The notes below the pieces were generated by a model. The model ran no database searches, was not told the origin of the DNA, and saw only the letters and a list, made by a program, of their open reading frames with translations. The position numbers and the translations under genes are program-made. This document shows positions 62,145-64,000 of a stretch of DNA of 64,000 nt, piece after piece; within the stretch, counting starts at the first letter, position 1; each line of letters begins with the position of its first letter. Where the stretch lies: contig CAVWVQ010000003.1 in the NCBI GenBank assembly GCA_963758525.1, positions 832,001 to 896,000 of the forward strand. Reading direction: 5' to 3'. The stretch comes from an uncultured Phycisphaerales bacterium (GTDB lineage: Bacteria > Planctomycetota > Phycisphaerae > Tepidisphaerales > Tepidisphaeraceae).

Positions 62145-63434
62145 ATGTTCGACGAAAAACAAATCACCACCGGCCGGCGCGGGCACATCCTTTCCAACGC
62201 CGCGGTCTGGTCGCCGGACGGGGAGTGGATCGTCTATGACGTACGCTCCGACCCGCTGGGCACCCGCTTTGACGGCACGCGCATCGAACGCGTCCACGTC
62301 GCGACCGGACGGGTCGAAGTTCTCTACGAATCGAGCAACGGAGCGTGCTGCGGTGTGGCAACCTGCAGCCCGATTGACGAGAAAGTCGCGTTCATCCTCG
62401 GGCCGGAGAAGTCGACGATCGATTGGCAATACTCGGCATGCCATCGACGAGGCGTGATTGTGGATACGCGCGAACCCGGCGTCGCGAGTAATCTCGATGC
62501 GCGCGAGTTGTCACCACCGTTTCTGCCCGGGGCGCTGCGCGGCGGGAGTCATCTGCACTTATTTAGCGCCGACGGGCAGTGGGTGAGCTTCACGTATGAC
62601 GATCACCTCCTGGCGACCGGCGCCGCCGGCAGTGAAGTCAATCAACGCAATATCGGTGTGACCGTGCTCGGGCATCCGGTTCACGCGAGCAGCAGGCACC
62701 CGCGAAATCATGACGGCTGTGGATTCAGCGTGCTGGTGACGCGAACGGCGCCCGAGCCGAAACCGGGCTCGGACGAGATTTCGCGGGCGTCAGAAGAGGC
62801 ATGGATCGGAACCGAGGGATACATCAAGGCGGATGGATCGCGCCAAAGACGAGCCATCGCGTTTCAGGGAGAAGTGGCTTCGCCGGACGGCACGAAAAAC
62901 CTTGAAGCGTTCGTCGCGGATATCCCGGAAGACGTCACAATTCCCGGCGATGGGCCGCTGGAGGGAACAGAAACCCTTCGACCCCGGCCGCCAAAGGGGA
63001 CAGTGCAGCGCCGACTGACGCACACCAGCGACCGCAAATTTCCCGGACTTGCCGGCCCGCGCCACTGGCTGCGGAGCAATCCGCGGGGAACGCAGATCGC
63101 CATGCTGATGCGGGACGAGGCGGGAATCGTGCAACTGTCCTGCGTCTCACCCGCCGGCGGCGTGCCGAGACAGATCACGCGAAATCCAACGAGCGTCACC
63201 TCGGCGTTCACGTGGAACCAAGACGGCAGTCGCATCGCCCACGTGATGGATAACAGCGTGTTTGTGACCGATATCGAGAGCGGCAAGAGCGAACGGCGGA
63301 CGGAACGATCGGATGATGCCCGCGCCCCCCTGCCGCTGGCGTGCGTCTTCTCGCCGGACGGGAGGAGCGTGGCTTACTTACGCAACATTGAACGACAGAA
63401 TCAAATCTGTGTCGCTGGTTTGCAGGACGGATGA
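62145..63434 (+). CDS. DUF3748/YidR-like beta-propeller (PD40 repeat) protein
   Basis: WSPDGEWIVYDVR, GALRGGSH, SFTYDDH, QRNIGV, FSPDG. Confidence 0.82.
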   Translation: MFDEKQITTGRRGHILSNAAVWSPDGEWIVYDVRSDPLGTRFDGTRIERVHVATGRVEVLYESSNGACCGVATCSPIDEKVAFILGPEKSTIDWQYSACHRRGVIVDTREPGVASNLDARELSPPFLPGALRGGSHLHLFSADGQWVSFTYDDHLLATGAAGSEVNQRNIGVTVLGHPVHASSRHPRNHDGCGFSVLVTRTAPEPKPGSDEISRASEEAWIGTEGYIKADGSRQRRAIAFQGEVASPDGTKNLEAFVADIPEDVTIPGDGPLEGTETLRPRPPKGTVQRRLTHTSDRKFPGLAGPRHWLRSNPRGTQIAMLMRDEAGIVQLSCVSPAGGVPRQITRNPTSVTSAFTWNQDGSRIAHVMDNSVFVTDIESGKSERRTERSDDARAPLPLACVFSPDGRSVAYLRNIERQNQICVAGLQDG

Positions 63435-63462
63435 AATAGACGCCAATTGCGCGGCCTTTTCT

Positions 63463-64000
63463 CTACTTAGCCGTAACGGGACCGCTGTATCGGTGCCGGA
63501 AGGGGCGTTGTCGAGTCGTAGATACCTCCAGGAGACCATCGCGCACGGATAAATTTATCCAACCGTCGGGCTCCAACCATCCATCGATTTTGCCAGGTTT
63601 GCCGCCCACTTCGTAAGGCACGGTGAAGTGCGAGTTGTCAGCCGAGTCGGTCTGACCGGCGAAGAATTTCAGGCTCTCTTCATTTATATCCGCGATCGTG
63701 AAAGTGCCATCCCCCGCGGGGCTGCTTCGGGCATCCGGGGGATCTCCAAGTCGCGGAGTGTAACACGAGAAATCAAGCTGGGTGCCCATCCGCCGCTCGT
63801 ATTCGATCACCACTAACTGTGGCTTACCACCCACGTGCTGCCGGGAGTGAAGATAGAGCACCGCCCGCTGATGCCGGATCACGGGCCACCCAACATACGG
63901 CTGCAGTTCGACCCAACATTTCAGCGGCCCGACTGCGGAGATCGGCGGCGGCCACCGAAGCGGCGAGAGCATTGGATAATACGTCGGGGTCTCTTCGTCG
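63463..64000 (-). CDS. Hypothetical protein, partial (runs off window)
   Basis: FFAGQTDSADNSHFTVPY...IDGWL C-terminus; frame open to the window edge. Confidence 0.6.
   Translation of the reverse strand, partial: DEETPTYYPMLSPLRWPPPISAVGPLKCWVELQPYVGWPVIRHQRAVLYLHSRQHVGGKPQLVVIEYERRMGTQLDFSCYTPRLGDPPDARSSPAGDGTFTIADINEESLKFFAGQTDSADNSHFTVPYEVGGKPGKIDGWLEPDGWINLSVRDGLLEVSTTRQRPFRHRYSGPVTAK

Overview
High-GC bacterial DNA, most likely a Planctomycetota Phycisphaerae (Tepidisphaerales-like) genome. This rests on (A/S/T)TQP linker motifs, an N-terminal LEPRxL motif, CxxCGYD(L/M)RxTPxxCPECG membrane proteins and a DUF4058 fragment. Many otherwise intact genes carry single frameshifts, probably long-read indel errors, so pseudogene calls need caution. 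Layout: (1) 1-6 kb, uncharacterised secreted proteins and lipoproteins plus an orphan group II intron domain V/VI; (2) 6-27 kb, a metabolic/stress cluster with an enolase-superfamily enzyme and a ~13-kb minus-strand operon (FAD/Fe-S oxidoreductase, SDR, PPC protein, TPP enzyme, MscS, and an MrpA-less MrpEFG-DUF4040-BCD module), followed by YoaK, an M24 peptidase, GH15 and ClC; (3) 27-38 kb, carbohydrate enzymes and many gene fragments; (4) 38-50.5 kb, a mobile-DNA-rich zone with a 5'-truncated group II intron (intact RT) abutting one of three copies of an unexplained ~390-bp non-coding element, a Mla-like ABC operon with a degenerate ATPase, an adenylate cyclase, RAYT and IS1182 remnants and REP-like palindromes; (5) 50.5-64 kb, core-like genes (DHH phosphoesterase, hydroxyacid dehydrogenase, recR, accA, tyrA, atypical tRNA-Cys, hybrid kinase, desaturase) with short tandem arrays, including ~48 copies of an 8-mer. 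The best novelty candidates are the 390-bp element/hairpin/intron ensemble and the stand-alone MBH-like Mrp module co-operonic with membrane-anchored oxidoreductases.
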